The notes under the pieces were generated by a model, which searched no databases, was not told the DNA's origin, and saw nothing but the letters and a program-made list of their open reading frames with translations. The position numbers and the translations under genes are program-made. A stretch of 64,000 bases of DNA from positions 49,131 to 113,130 of the forward strand of contig NIVC01003192.1 in NCBI GenBank assembly GCA_002269645.1. The letters are read 5' to 3'. Below are positions 24,542 to 36,662 of this stretch, one piece after another. The DNA comes from Macrostomum lignano. Lineage: Eukaryota. The first letter of the stretch is position 1. Each line of letters opens with the position of its first letter.

Positions 24542-25723
24542 TTAGTCGAATGCAGCCGACAATTCCTTTGCTTGTTGTCGTCCGTGTCGATAGGAATCGA
24601 ACTCACGACCATCATTGCCCTTTCCAGTTGGCGCCGCCGACCTCAACTGCTGAAGCTCTTCCGCGTCTGCGACGTCCCTGGCACCGCCAGTGACACCAGC
24701 ACCGCCTCCGCCTCCGCCGCTGCGGCCACTGGGTCCCGAGTTCCTGCATCCCAGAAACACCTGTCGGAAAGTGTTGCGAAACCTCGTTGAGAAGCACGAG
24801 TACAGAACAAAGTTACAAGCGGCATTGGCCAGCAGAAGGATGTTGACGAGCGCGTTGGCGACTCTCTCCGCGGTACCGCGGCTTTTCTTACGGTCGTCGG
24901 ATCGTTGCATTGCCTTCTTGAGCGTCATGATGGCGGACGGCAGCTGGCACAGACAGAAGACCAGAACCACGGCAATAAGCATAGTTGTCACCTTCTGCTG
25001 CTCGGCAGCCGACCGCTTGTTAGACAGGCTGTTCGAGCAGGTGGCCCCCTCGCTGCTGCCTAGAGCGGCTCGCTTGCGTCGGGCTACAACAACGCTGCGT
25101 ATTAGCAGTCCATTGAACACCACCAGAAATAGGAGCGGGCCGAACACGAAGATGCTCACAAAGACGTGGTAATAGCCGAGACGCTTGATCACACTGTACG
25201 CGTCCGTCGGGCCCAGGCCATAGACAGTCTGCGTGGCGTTGCCGCAGCGCAGCTCCTTAGGCACTGCGCGATACTCGAAAAAGTTCGGCGACGTGAACAG
25301 GCTGGTAGCCAGAAACAGGCCAAGCATCAGGTGCTTGGCTCGGCGCCGAGTGCAATACTTTCTGCCCAGCATTGGCTTGTAGATCACCAGCCAGCGTTCG
25401 AATGTGAACAGGCAGGTAAGCCAGGTGGCGTAGTTGCTAAGCAGGTTGGCCAGTGGAAACAAGTAGCTCAAGATGTGAGCGAACCACTGATTGTAGAGCA
25501 CGCCTGGATAGAACTTCACGGTGATGATGTAGAACACTGACAGGTAAGTCAGATCCGTCACGGCCAGAGCTGTCAGATAGTTGTTAGTTGATGAAGCCAT
25601 CCACTTCCTGGTGAGCACGACTATATTGATGGAGTTAGCGGCCACGCCCAGTACCACCAGCACCGGAGTGACAACCAGCAGAGCCACTTCCAGAGGGTCG
25701 GTCTCCTTAACTGTACAGTTCAT
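24542..25723 (-). CDS. Rhodopsin-class peptide GPCR, FMRFamide-receptor-like (393 aa, single coding exon)
   Basis: Seven hydrophobic segments; TM1 G..AN, M.SSTNNYLTALAVTD, TM3 FTFERW, TM6 FCLCQLP, TM7 NAACNFVLY; N-terminal NCT sequon. Confidence 0.9.
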   Translation of the reverse strand: MNCTVKETDPLEVALLVVTPVLVVLGVAANSINIVVLTRKWMASSTNNYLTALAVTDLTYLSVFYIITVKFYPGVLYNQWFAHILSYLFPLANLLSNYATWLTCLFTFERWLVIYKPMLGRKYCTRRRAKHLMLGLFLATSLFTSPNFFEYRAVPKELRCGNATQTVYGLGPTDAYSVIKRLGYYHVFVSIFVFGPLLFLVVFNGLLIRSVVVARRKRAALGSSEGATCSNSLSNKRSAAEQQKVTTMLIAVVLVFCLCQLPSAIMTLKKAMQRSDDRKKSRGTAERVANALVNILLLANAACNFVLYSCFSTRFRNTFRQVFLGCRNSGPSGRSGGGGGGAGVTGGARDVADAEELQQLRSAAPTGKGNDGREFDSYRHGRQQAKELSAAFD

Positions 25724-25822
25724 GTCGTGTTGGGCACTTCTTTAAGTCTAATTTAGCAGATGCTGATGTGCGGCCTGCAAAGTTGTTTAACGGCGTCCGG
25801 TTTTATTATTTTTGTTTTTACT

Positions 25823-26601
25823 GGCTACCGGACATTTGCCCTCCGGCATTTGCCCTCCGGACATTTGCCCTCCGGCATTTCCCCTCCGGACATTTGCCCT
25901 CGAGGACATTTGCCCTCGGGGACATTTGCCCTCCGGACATTTGCCCTCCGGACATTTGCCCTCGGGGACATTTGCCCTCGGGGACATTTCCCCTCCGGAC
26001 ATTTGCCCTCCGGACATTTGCCCTCCGGCATTTCCCCTCCGGACATTTGCCCTCGAGGACATTTGCCCTCGGGGACATTTGCCCTCCGGACATTTGCCCT
26101 CCGGACATTTGCCCTCGGGGACATTTGCCCTCGGGGACATTTCCCCTCCGGACATTTGCCCTCCGGACATTTCCCCTCTGGAAAAGTACAGGTAAGGCTG
26201 GGGATAGGGTAGGGCGCGGGTATATATTGCTTACTAGAAAAGGATGAGTTGTTGGCTGGAGAAGAACCTGATGGATGCAAGAGGCGGGAGGATGAGGTTG
26301 GTGCTGGAGGAACGACGGGTGGGTACAGGAGGAGGTGAGGTGAGTAATGTGCGAGGGGGTAAATTTGCAGAGGGCAAATGTGCGGAGGGGAAATGTCCGG
26401 AGGGCAAATGTCCGGAGGGCAAATGTCCGGAGGGCAAATGTCCCCGAGGGCAAATGTCCCCGAGGGGAAATGTCCGGAGGGCAAATGTCCGGAGGGGAAA
26501 TGTCCCGGAGGGCAAATGTCCGGAGGGCAAACGCCGCCGAGGGGAAGTGCCGGAGGGCAAGTGCCGGAGGGGAAGTGCCGGAGGGCAAATGTCCGGAAGC
26601 G
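25823..26601. mobile_element. Non-autonomous Mutator-like element (779 bp) with inverted arrays of 15-bp repeats
   Basis: 9-bp TSD GTTTTTACT at 25814-25822 and 26602-26610; TIR GCT(A/T)CCGGACATTTGCCCTCC; left arm (GGACATTTGCCCTCC)n, right arm its reverse complement. Confidence 0.85.
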
Positions 26602-28135
26602 GTTTTTACTACTAACAGTATTAAATATACTAAGCAAAATGAAATGTAGCGGCAATTTTATTCTTTGAAACTGCTTTACGTGTCTCAATAGCTACCGGCT
26701 GGCCCCACATTTCACCCATAGCTACTGTTGTTACTGGATCTTCAAGGATGTTCTTGTTGAAAACCACTCGCCCTACATTTGACGCCCCATACAGGACAGG
26801 AGTACAAGGACGCTACACTCAGGTTTCTTAGAAACGAGATGGAGGCCGGTAATTCTGTAGTATCGCTGGTGCATTTAGTCTGCTCTAGAGAGAACGCATA
26901 TAAGCGCTGAATGCGGTTTCGCCATCAAGAAATTCTGCGCTAGAAAAATCAGGTCGTTCTAGAGAACTTCTATGAAAATCAAGCGTAGCGTGCGTCTACT
27001 TCAGTTGTCCAGGGTCAGATTTTTTTGAAGAACTTTTCTCGATTACCAAAGCTTTCAGTTTGCGTCACCACAAAACTATACAAGACCTGAATAAAGTTCA
27101 CGGTGCGGCATAGTTACCGAAAGTAACAGCGGGATATATTTGCATCTCCCCGACAAAATGCATCCACATGTAACTCGCAGGGTTGGGGTCCGCTGTGCCA
27201 AGCGCATCCTGCAATCTTAGATACCAGTGATGCTCCCGGCTGGCATTCATGCCTAATTAATGGTTAGAATCCGATACGCAGGCTATCATTCGGTCGCTTT
27301 GCAGACCCGATGAAGCTTGCTTGGAATATTGCTGCTCCTATGGGCTGGAAACCTTTGCAGATGCACAAACGGCTTGAAAACAGCAGTCTTTGCCAACGGT
27401 TCAACCCCCCTTTTGTAGCTCCTACGAGCCAAATGCATCGCTGCAGGTAACTTTTAGTCTCCTACTTGACTAAACTTAATGCTCGACTTAAACCGTCTGT
27501 CTGCAAATTATCTCAATCGATAACATTCGCTCGTACTATGACAAACATAACGATTAGTTATCAGTCAATCGCCCCCATCTGCCCAGCCGTAATTGTCAGC
27601 CAGATAAGTCAGTTGCTATTCCCAATGCAAAAAGAACACTTTAAAGTATTCTTATTCATATCTAAAGGCCTTCTTGTTCAGCAAATAAGCTACTTTGGCT
27701 GCTCTCTTGTGTTTGCCTAAGCAGGCCCATGCGGCTGCTCCAAACCTCTCAAGAAGCGTTGCTGTCACGTCTCGATTCTCTGCTCATTTACTTCGCCACT
27801 TCACTCCGACTGAATATTGCATTTATATTTCCTCTCCGTTAGTGGGACTCGTGCTATCTGTCTTAGGAAGGCTGTGTTTTCTGCTGACGGGATTCCCTTG
27901 GGGTGGCAATTATTGGCTAATAGGGCTTTGAGTCTGCTGAGTAAGATGAAATATCCTCATTGTCAGGTCCGCCTGTCAACTTATGGAGATTCATGGAGAT
28001 ATATTGGCGCTGATGCCACACTGACACCTGCTTTTCTGTACTTTGCTAATTAACTGCTGTCCGTGAGAAATTATGGCCTGTTTCCTGATCCAATGCAGTG
28101 CTGCGAACTAGAAACTTGCCAAGCTCTTAGTCTAT

Positions 28136-28958
28136 GGTGTAGAGGTGTGCTGAGATAGATATGGGGTAGAGCTGTGCTGAGATAGATATGGGGTAGAGGT
28201 GTGCTGAGCTAGATATGGGGTAGAGGTGTGCTGAGGTAGATATGGGGTAGAGCTGTGCTGCTGAGATAGATATGGGGTAGAGGTGTGCTGAGATAAATAT
28301 GTGGTAGAGGTGTGCTGAGATAGATATGGGGTAGAGTTGTACTGAGATAGATATGGGGTAGAGGTGTGCTGAGATAGATATGGGGTAGAGGTGTGCTGAG
28401 ATAGATATGGGGTAGAGGTGTGCTGAGATAGATATGGGGTAGAGGTGTGTTGAGATAGATATGGGGTAGAGCTGTGCTGAGATAGAGATGGGGTAGAGGT
28501 GTGTTGAGATAGATATGGGGTAGAGCTGTGCTGAGATAGATATGGGGTAGAGCTGTGCTGAGATAGATATGGGGTAGAGGTGTGCTGAGATAGAGATGGG
28601 GTAGATGTCTGCTAAGACAGATATGGGGTAGAGGTGTGCTGGGATAGATATGGGGTAGAGGTGTGCTGAGATAGAGATGGGGTAGATGTGTGCTAAGACA
28701 GATATGGGGTAGAGGTGTGCTGGGATAGATATGGGGTAGAGGTGTGCTGAGATAAATATGTGGTAGAGGTGTGCTGAGATAGATATGGGGTAGAGGTGTG
28801 CTGAGATAGATATGGGGTAGAGCTGTGCTGAGATAGATATGGGGTAGAGGTGTGCTGAGATAGATATGGGGTAGAGGTGTGCTGAGACAGATATGGGGTA
28901 GAGGTGTGCTGAGACAGATATGGGGTAGAGGTGTGCTGAGATAGATATGGGGTAGAGG
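28136..28958 (+). repeat. 27-bp minisatellite GTGTGCTGAGATAGATATGGGGTAGAG, about 30 copies
   Basis: Direct observation; explains the SAHLYPISI ORF. Confidence 0.95.
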
Positions 28959-29822
28959 ATTTTCAACAGCGCAGTATTTTTACCTAATCCCTCTGCACAA
29001 AAAATGAAGATGGTGGCAAAGGCAAGGTAAAAAAACTGCTTGACGGGAATCCCAAAGATTCCTGCACCCCTCTGCCTTTCCCGAACTACAGCGGCTGTCA
29101 GTCACTGCCGAATGAAGCGCGGATTCTGGGCTCACTCCCACCTCTGCATCCATCAGGGCAGCACGTGTAAAAACATTGAACAGTAGCTGACTGCGCATTG
29201 CAAAGACGTTCTGGCTGAAAGTGGAAACCGAAAACTATCGCCGGAATATGGAAGAATTTTTTACCATGATATCTGGTCAAGAACGTAGGCTAGGCTATCT
29301 TGATTTGTTTTTTATTTAAACAACTTTATAACCTAATGTTTTGAAGACCGATTTAAGATCTTATAAAATCTACTTTTGTTTTTACGAGTAAAATTGCAGA
29401 AGGACTTTCCAGTTCAGAATTCATCGATAGACAGACAGATTTTTGAACTTTTTGACACGCCAACTCCCCATTCTTCCACTCTCTTCCCCTTTGCACTCTG
29501 GCTAGCGCATCCCTCCGCCTCTCTCTCTTTAAGCTGCAAGCAGTCCGAGGCAATTTCGACCAAAGCCATAAAGTGTTTGCCAGCCAAATCCCCCTCACCA
29601 CATTTTCCACTCCAGCTTGCAAACTGATATCAGGAAAGTTAGGCTATTCGTTCGTCACGTATTGATGATATCTTGTGCACACACATAGGGAAACTCAAGC
29701 CGGACTCTGCGATGAGGCCGCATGGGGCATCTGAGACGGCTGTCTGGAATCTGGAGCAGTTGACTCACTCATCTCTCGGAATTTCGTGTCACACCTCTGC
29801 CCGTCTATACATCTGTCTCGAT

Positions 29823-30163
29823 CAGCACAGCTCTACCCCATATCTATCTCAGCACACCTCTACCCCATATCTAGCTAGCACATCTCTACCCCATATCTAT
29901 CTCAGCACACCTCTACCCCATATCTATCTCAGCACACCTCTACCCCATATCTATCTCAGCACACCTCTACCCCATATCTATCCCAGCACAACTCTACCCC
30001 ATATCTATCTCAGCACACCTCTACCCCATATCTATCTCAGCACACCTCTACCCCATATCTATCTCAGCACACCTCTACCCCATATCTAGCTCAGTACACC
30101 TCTACCCCATATCTATCTCAGCACACCTCTACCCCATATCTATCTCAGCACACCTCTACCATA
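29823..30163 (-). repeat. Inverted copy of the same 27-bp minisatellite, about 12 copies
   Basis: CTCTACCCCATATCTATCTCAGCACAC is the reverse complement of the 28136-28958 unit. Confidence 0.95.
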
Positions 30164-30805
30164 TCTTAACCTCAACCTTCGCGCTTCTTTTAGTTGTTTG
30201 AAATTGATTCAAGTTCAGAATGAGTCTTCAGTGCTAGAACTTTGATACCCTGTTGTTTAATATTCGTTTATCTGTCTCTGCAGAACTCTCCACAGTTCAT
30301 AGATCTCATTGCAGAGTCCGCCAGCCTCAGCCTCCACCCCTCTGACCATTCAGTTTTGGTTAATTAATTTGGATCGCTCTGTCCCCTCTCAACGCAGGAT
30401 GCGACCTGTCTGTGCCCCGGTCGTGGTCTCTAGCTATGCGAGTTTGAGTTGAGTTCTGATTTGGGGATCGCTGACGGCTGCTAATCTCATTCCCCCTGCC
30501 CTATCATCAGGTTGAACCCAATCTTTATCTCATTTGATTAAAAAAGTTTTCAACTGGATTTGCGTGAACGCCAGCAGAGATACTTGGTGTGCTCGTGTGT
30601 CCTCTCTGCGACATTCCAGTTCCACTATCCAGGGACTTGAGCTTGGCGACCTACGTGAACAGAATCTCTATGATCAGAAACAGAAACCCACAAATGAACT
30701 TCGGGTTAACTGAAAGAGAAAAGACATTTTCTATGAGCAGGAATTCCATGATCAGGAATCTATGACCACAGGGAACCACCCAACGACTAAGGAACCGGGG
30801 AACCC

Positions 30806-30990
30806 AACGACCGGGGAACCCAATGACTGGGGAATCCGATGACTGGGGAATCCGATGACTGGGGAATCCGATGACTGGGAATCCAATGACTGGGGAATCC
30901 AATGACTGGGAATCTAATGACTGGTGAATCCAATGACTGGGGAATCCAATGACTGGGGAATTCAATGACGGGGAATCTAGTGACCGGGAA
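30806..30990. repeat. About 16-bp tandem repeat (ATGACTGGGGAATCCG)
   Basis: About 11 degenerate copies. Confidence 0.85.
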
Positions 30991-31419
30991 ACCCAATAAG
31001 AAGATGTAAGCAGGTGTGTAATACTTATACTTTTGGACTAGCCAAACTATAATAAATACTGTGGCACTGCCGTAAAACTTAGCCAAAACTCCTTATGATC
31101 TGACCAATAAAATGTCTTTCGAAAGTTTTTAAACGGTTCTCCACCGAAACTGTCCGACCACAAAGGACTAGATCACGTGATCAACTCATTTTAAGAGTCT
31201 AAGCGCATCAAAGATCGATATGAAGGCAGGGGAGAATCGCTACTTCAAATTCTAGTATTTTTGAAGTGGTTTCTTTCATTTAATTGTAAGCAAAAGGGTA
31301 GGTAGACTGCTTTTGAAGCATTCTCACATATGGTTTTAATAGATTATATGATGAGTACTACGAGCGTATATTTATGGACAGTCTAAAGCTGTATATTTGT
31401 CTTATTAATAACCTTTATG

Positions 31420-31670
31420 ACCAGTGTAGGACTCGCTTCTATGATCATTGTAGGACTACTCTCTATGATCAGTGAAGGACTAACTTCTATGATCATTGCA
31501 GGGACTATACTCTCTATGACCATTGAAGGACTACTCTCCATGACCAGTGTAGGACGACTACTCTCCATGACCAGTGCAGGACTACTCTCCATGACCAGTG
31601 TAGGACTACTCTCCATGACCAGTGCAGGACTACTCTTTATGACCAGTGTAGGACTAGCCTCTATGACGAA
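31420..31670. repeat. 24-bp tandem repeat (ATGACCAGTGTAGGACTACTCTCC)
   Basis: About 10 degenerate copies. Confidence 0.85.
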
Positions 31671-32454
31671 GGTAGCGTTTAAGTTAATAACAATTGCCTT
31701 CAAAACTTTTTTGCGAATCGGTGCTTGGGTGAAGACAGGAACCCAGGCCATAATCCAGAGGTGTGAGCTACCAGCAGGAGCAAAGTCTGTCGCCCCATGC
31801 AGCTAGTCCAATCGTGTTGCCAGGTGTGCAAAGATATTTGGCCCACAATTTTCCTGGCTAACTTTTCCAACAGTATTGGGGGGGGGAGGGACTTGTCACT
31901 TCTAAAACTCTGGGATCTCCTCTCGCACTATCTGGGGATCTCAGCTTTGCACAGCAGGCATCCAGCTAGCTAGCCAGCTAAAGAGATTTTTTACCATCAG
32001 GCGCTTCTACGCATTCGTTGTTTTGCTGCTGCTTTTAGCACAGGCTAAAGAATGCTTCTTCTAAAAGCGGAGTTGCTTGAAGTGAGGCACTGCTCATTGA
32101 TCACTGCTTTTTTTACATTTTGCTATTGTGCTCCTCCACCACAGCCCTGAGAGGGTACTGTCTTTCCTACTGAGGCGATTTCCTGGCTTCATGGATCTTC
32201 AGCGGACAAATATTTGACTAGAGCTAGCGTACCTTGCGCGTCTCACCCCCCAACTTTTGACTGAAGGAATATTTATCTATAGATTTATTTAGTAAACAGA
32301 TTTACAATACTGGATTTTATCTTTCTTTTGTTTGAGGTTAATCAATATTTTCTCTATTGTACACTTTGCTAACCAATTGATCGTTTGGTATTTGAAATTG
32401 AGCTTTCTAGAAGTTTGCTTGGCTTCTGGTTTAACATTCAATATTCCACGATCC

Positions 32455-33070
32455 CTTATGACTGGGGACTCTATGACTGAGAAGCTCTATTTCAATGACC
32501 GGGGAACTCAGTGGCTGCGAAGCTGTATGACCGGGGAACTCAGTGGCTGCGAAGCTGTATGACCGAGGAACTACTCAGTGGCTGAGAAGCTGTATGACCG
32601 GGGAACTCAGTGGCTGAGAAGCTCTGACTGAGAGTCTCTATGACCGATAATCTTCTGAAAATCTCTATGACTGAAAATCTCTATAACTGAGAATCTATAT
32701 CCGATTAGCTCTGACCGAGAAGCTCTATGACCGAGAATCTTTAGGATCGAGAATCTCTATGACCGAGAATCTCTATAACGAAATCTATGACCGAGAATCT
32801 CTATGACCTAAATCTATGACTGGGAATCTCTATGACCTAAATCTATGACCGAGAATCTCTATGACCTAAATCTATGACCGAGAATCTCTATGACCTAAAT
32901 CTATGACCGAGAATCTCTATGACCTAAATCTATGACCGAGAATCTCTATGACCTAAATCTATGACTGGGAATCTCTATGACCTAAATCTATGACCGAGAA
33001 TCTCTATGACCTAAATCTATGACTGGGAATCTCTATGACCTAAATCTATGACCGAGAATCTCTATAAACG
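32455..33070. repeat. ATGAC-core array ending in 29-bp dimers (ATGACCGAGAATCTCT + ATGACCTAAATCT)
   Basis: Graded array, degenerate at the left and homogeneous at 32780-33070. Confidence 0.85.
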
Positions 33071-34234
33071 AGACGCTCGATGGTCATAAAACTCAAAATT
33101 AAATGACCAAGACACACAATGACCGAAAAAATCTACCTAAAGACCAAGAAATGCAATAGCCCAGAGACTCAAAATGACTCTGCATCACTGAACAGCTTGA
33201 CCCTCACTAATCAAGCATTGAACGCCTGCCCACGCATGGCCCCTGGGTGCGGCACAAGTTAGCAGTATAGATTTCAATAGCCAGTAGTACAGCATTACAT
33301 GTGCAAGACGCTATATGCAATTCTTTAGAGAGCGGACTTACGGTTACAGCGACGAGATCCCGGATTAATAGAATAAGGACAAAGTCGTTTAGCTAAGCCA
33401 GCTACCGTAAACTCTGTTACAAGCTGAGGAAGGGCCGTTCCGCGCTGTGTGAGCCCAGCTATATAGCAAGTCGCCAATAAAACATCACGCTTCTTTGGCG
33501 TGGCCCCAGTCAACCCTCATTGGTCCGAAAAATTCAAAGCCAACTGCAGGAGTCCAGTCCAAGTCACTTGAATTTTTGGCGGTCCTTGGGCCTGTATTAG
33601 CTATATGGCAACTTTTGTATTCTGATCCTGCTATTAAGTAATTTTTTTTGGCCTTTCAATTTCTTTTTTTTAAGCTTCTTTTCGTATATTGCAATCTGCT
33701 ATTTTTCTCAGGGAAATAATTAAACTTTTCCCTATGGGAAGCGCCGTCTTCTTATTCCCGAAACCCCCAGGCCGCGGAGGCTCGCCTTCAGCGCTCAAAG
33801 TAATTAGCAAATCTTGCCGAGATTCGCCTTCTCAGCCTTGCATCGAATGGCATCAAAAGGCAAAAATGTGGAAAACTCAAAAGTGAATTCCCCGCGGTCC
33901 TTCCAGCTTCTTCTGTTCGGGGCTTGGGGGGAGAGATGAAGCATCGCAAGACTCTTCTCTTCTGCTTTTCTTCTCCTCGCTGAAATGCCTCTCAAACTTC
34001 GAAATGGGGAACATTTTTTCCAGAGAGCCAATTTCGAATGCTAATTCCTTGAAAATCCCCTTTCGTTCCTCGCGGACGCCTCGCCCCAAACTCCCTCTTT
34101 GACCCTCCCTGCCCTCCTCGACCCGGCTCAATCTGGATGCAAGGCCAATAGGTCTCACAGTATTTTTAAAGTAAATTACTGTGGAAAGTCTGCTCAATGG
34201 CAGCTGACTTCGTGGCATTACCGTAGAGACAATG

Positions 34235-34410
34235 TGGGTGCTTACGGGTGCCAACGTGGGGTTCTTTGGGGCACCAATGTGGGTGCTTAGGGGCGCCAAC
34301 GTGGGGCGTTTTGGGGCGCCAATGTAGGGTGCTTTGGGGCGCCAATGTGGGATGCTTAGGGGCGCTCATTGAAGTGCTTGGGAGCGCCACTTTGGATGCT
34401 CAGGGGCGCT
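34235..34410. repeat. Degenerate ~22-bp repeat with GGGGCGCCAATGTGGG core
   Basis: About 7 copies. Confidence 0.7.
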
Positions 34411-34860
34411 AAAAAGCAATGGTGAAAAAAGTCCCTTAATAACGCTTCCCTCATGCAGCACGCGTGACTTTCATCATAATTTATATTTGGCTCTTGCCAA
34501 GGCACTGAAACACAAGAAAAAATTGACTGACGCGTCAAGAGCGGCTTAAACTCTAATCTTTTCCAGGCCAGGCACTTTGCCAGGTTAAGCTTCCACATCT
34601 TTTGCGAGGTGTGCTAGAGAATTAATGAGTAATTTCGCTTTTAACTAATGAGCTTTCTAAATAATTAACTTATAGTCCAGCATAGTAGAAGTAAGGTGCT
34701 GTGATCATTTAAAAATGGTGAATAAGGTAATTTAAGATTGTGGCCTGAAGGATCTCTTTCAGAATTTCAAGATTTAAATGGTTGTGCCAGTGTCCAGCTG
34801 TCAAATGAATACTAGTCCGTTAACACGCATTTTGCAGAGTTGTTGAAATAATCTTTTCGC

Positions 34861-35414
34861 CGCTACAGCTCGTCCAAGCAAGCTGCTGGATCAAGCCAAG
34901 CTTCTGCAGGCAACTACGGTTCACAGAGACCAGCTCCGATCTCTTCACCAGGAGGTAACTATGGCGACGGTCTGCACTACAAGAAGAACGGGACGCCTGA
35001 CATGCGGACGAGTGCAGCCAAGGACTGGGTCGCTGAGCAAGCTCGAGTCCATGGCGAAAGCGTGCCGAGGTGGGTGCCCCGGCTCAAGGACGGTACCATC
35101 AACGAGTTCAGCCCCATCGACAGGGTCTACAAACAGTCGTTACCGCAGGGAAGCTGCGTCGAGTACCAAAAGAGCGACGACCAGCAGCGACGCATGGAGT
35201 ATTGGGCTCGCCAAATGAGGGAGAACCCCGACTTTCAGACCCGATTCGAGACCCAGATGGAGGTCGACGTACCGGATCCTGTGCAGTCTGAGATTTCATA
35301 CCAAAGTGTCGACGAGTCTTCAGAACTCGTCGAGATTACGGCCAGTGAGCTGGAGACGATCGAGGAGATCGGCAGAGGCGGCTTCGGAGTCGTTGAAAAA
35401 GCCGTACGGCGCGG
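34861..35414 (+). pseudogene. Truncated inverted paralog of the TKL kinase at 38914-41040
   Basis: Near-identical DNA to the reverse complement of about 40077-40848 (RYSSSKQAAG...GFGVVEKAV); breaks off after kinase subdomain I at a GAATCGG-repeat insertion. Confidence 0.85.
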
Positions 35415-35709
35415 TGAATCGGAAATCGGTGAATCGGGAATCGGTGATTCTGGGAATCGATTATTGGCAAATCGGGAATAGGGACTTACTTGACATAGCT
35501 GTAGGACGGTCCGAAGACGCAGCGGGGAGGCGGGCGTCGCCTATTTCGCTAATCTCTGAAAAGCCTGCGTAGGCTAGGGTGCGGGGCCGGTCAGGGAGGT
35601 CTGCCTGTCCTGTGCAGCGTTGTCTTTGGTGGGGAAGACGGAAGCTCGTTTGGTAGCCCGGAGGAACCGGATGAGCCGTGGGATGTTTTCGTCCAGGGAT
35701 TGTCCAGGG

Positions 35710-35990
35710 ACAGGTTGAAGGCCGGGCAGTAGCAGACGAAGTGCTTGGCGTCTTCGTTCTCGAGGTTGCAGAAGTGGCAGAGTTCACTCCGGCGGACGCC
35801 TCGGAGGAAGCAGTGCCTGGCAAAGCAACCGTGACCTGTGAAGGTCATAGTGAGAGCGCGGATATCTTTTCGATTCTGGTTCAAAAGGATTCTCAACAAC
35901 TTGAGGGACAGATTGGGCGCTGCCGATCGGGATTGGCAGCAGTCGGGAATGTCGTCCCATCTGCATAGGTGCAGGATATCCGCCCAGTCA
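35710..35990 (-). mobile_element. Non-LTR retrotransposon 3' fragment (I/LOA/R1-type C-terminal CCHC region)
   Basis: RWDDIPDCCQSR...LL...RKDIRAL..TFTGHGCFARH..LRG.....CHFC...EDAKHFVCYCPAF matches the LTGH...C..C...ET..H....CPA motif. Confidence 0.75.
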
Positions 35991-36662
35991 CTAATCTGAC
36001 AGTTAATGACCGTGGCGTGGATATGGGGCAAGAGGCACGGGGCCAAGGAGCGAGCCGGATATGAATTGTAAATAAGTACATGTACGGGTAGGTGAATCGA
36101 GAACCGGTTAATCGGTAATCAGGGAATTCGGTACACCACTTGCATTTTCTACCAAGTCCACTCGAGCTAGTTGGTTGAGAAATTAAAAAAATGGTTCCCC
36201 CATGCGAGTAATTGCCGCGCTGACCGTAGCCAGGCCAGCTGCCAAGTGGTCGATGGTCGCTTTCAAGGGCAGGTGTTTTCTCGCAGCCCCATTACAACCA
36301 CCCCCTCCTTGTTGGCAGGAAAGAATCGATGGCCACGCTATGGACTGTATTAAAATAAGCATACTCTGTAGCAAGTCGATATTGACCTGAAGGGCTTTGA
36401 ATGAGCTAAAGCTTACGCAGCTATTGCACACGAGGTATAAGCATGTTTAGCTAGAACACTATTCGTGATTTAAGGAGGCAATATTTTCAGAGAACTAACT
36501 GCCTTTTTATGCATGTAATTATAAGTGCAATATTAATCTTGAATGGTGCCGCGGTCAGTGTGCTCTCGTTTACGTGTATAATCTGCTCAGAATCAAGCTA
36601 GCAGCTCATGTCAGTAGTATGATGCGACACTTGTGAGGATTTTTTAAGTTAATGAGAGTCAT

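Noticed and set aside
25760-26688. Many overlapping ORFs (GHLPS / EGKCP)
   Set aside because: Translations of the 15-bp MITE arrays.
28984-29100. Hydrophobic stretch FFYLAFATIFIFCAEGL with a phase-1 donor, as the missing TGN38 signal exon
   Set aside because: No in-frame ATG before an upstream stop, and it would need an 11-kb intron spanning a same-strand GPCR.
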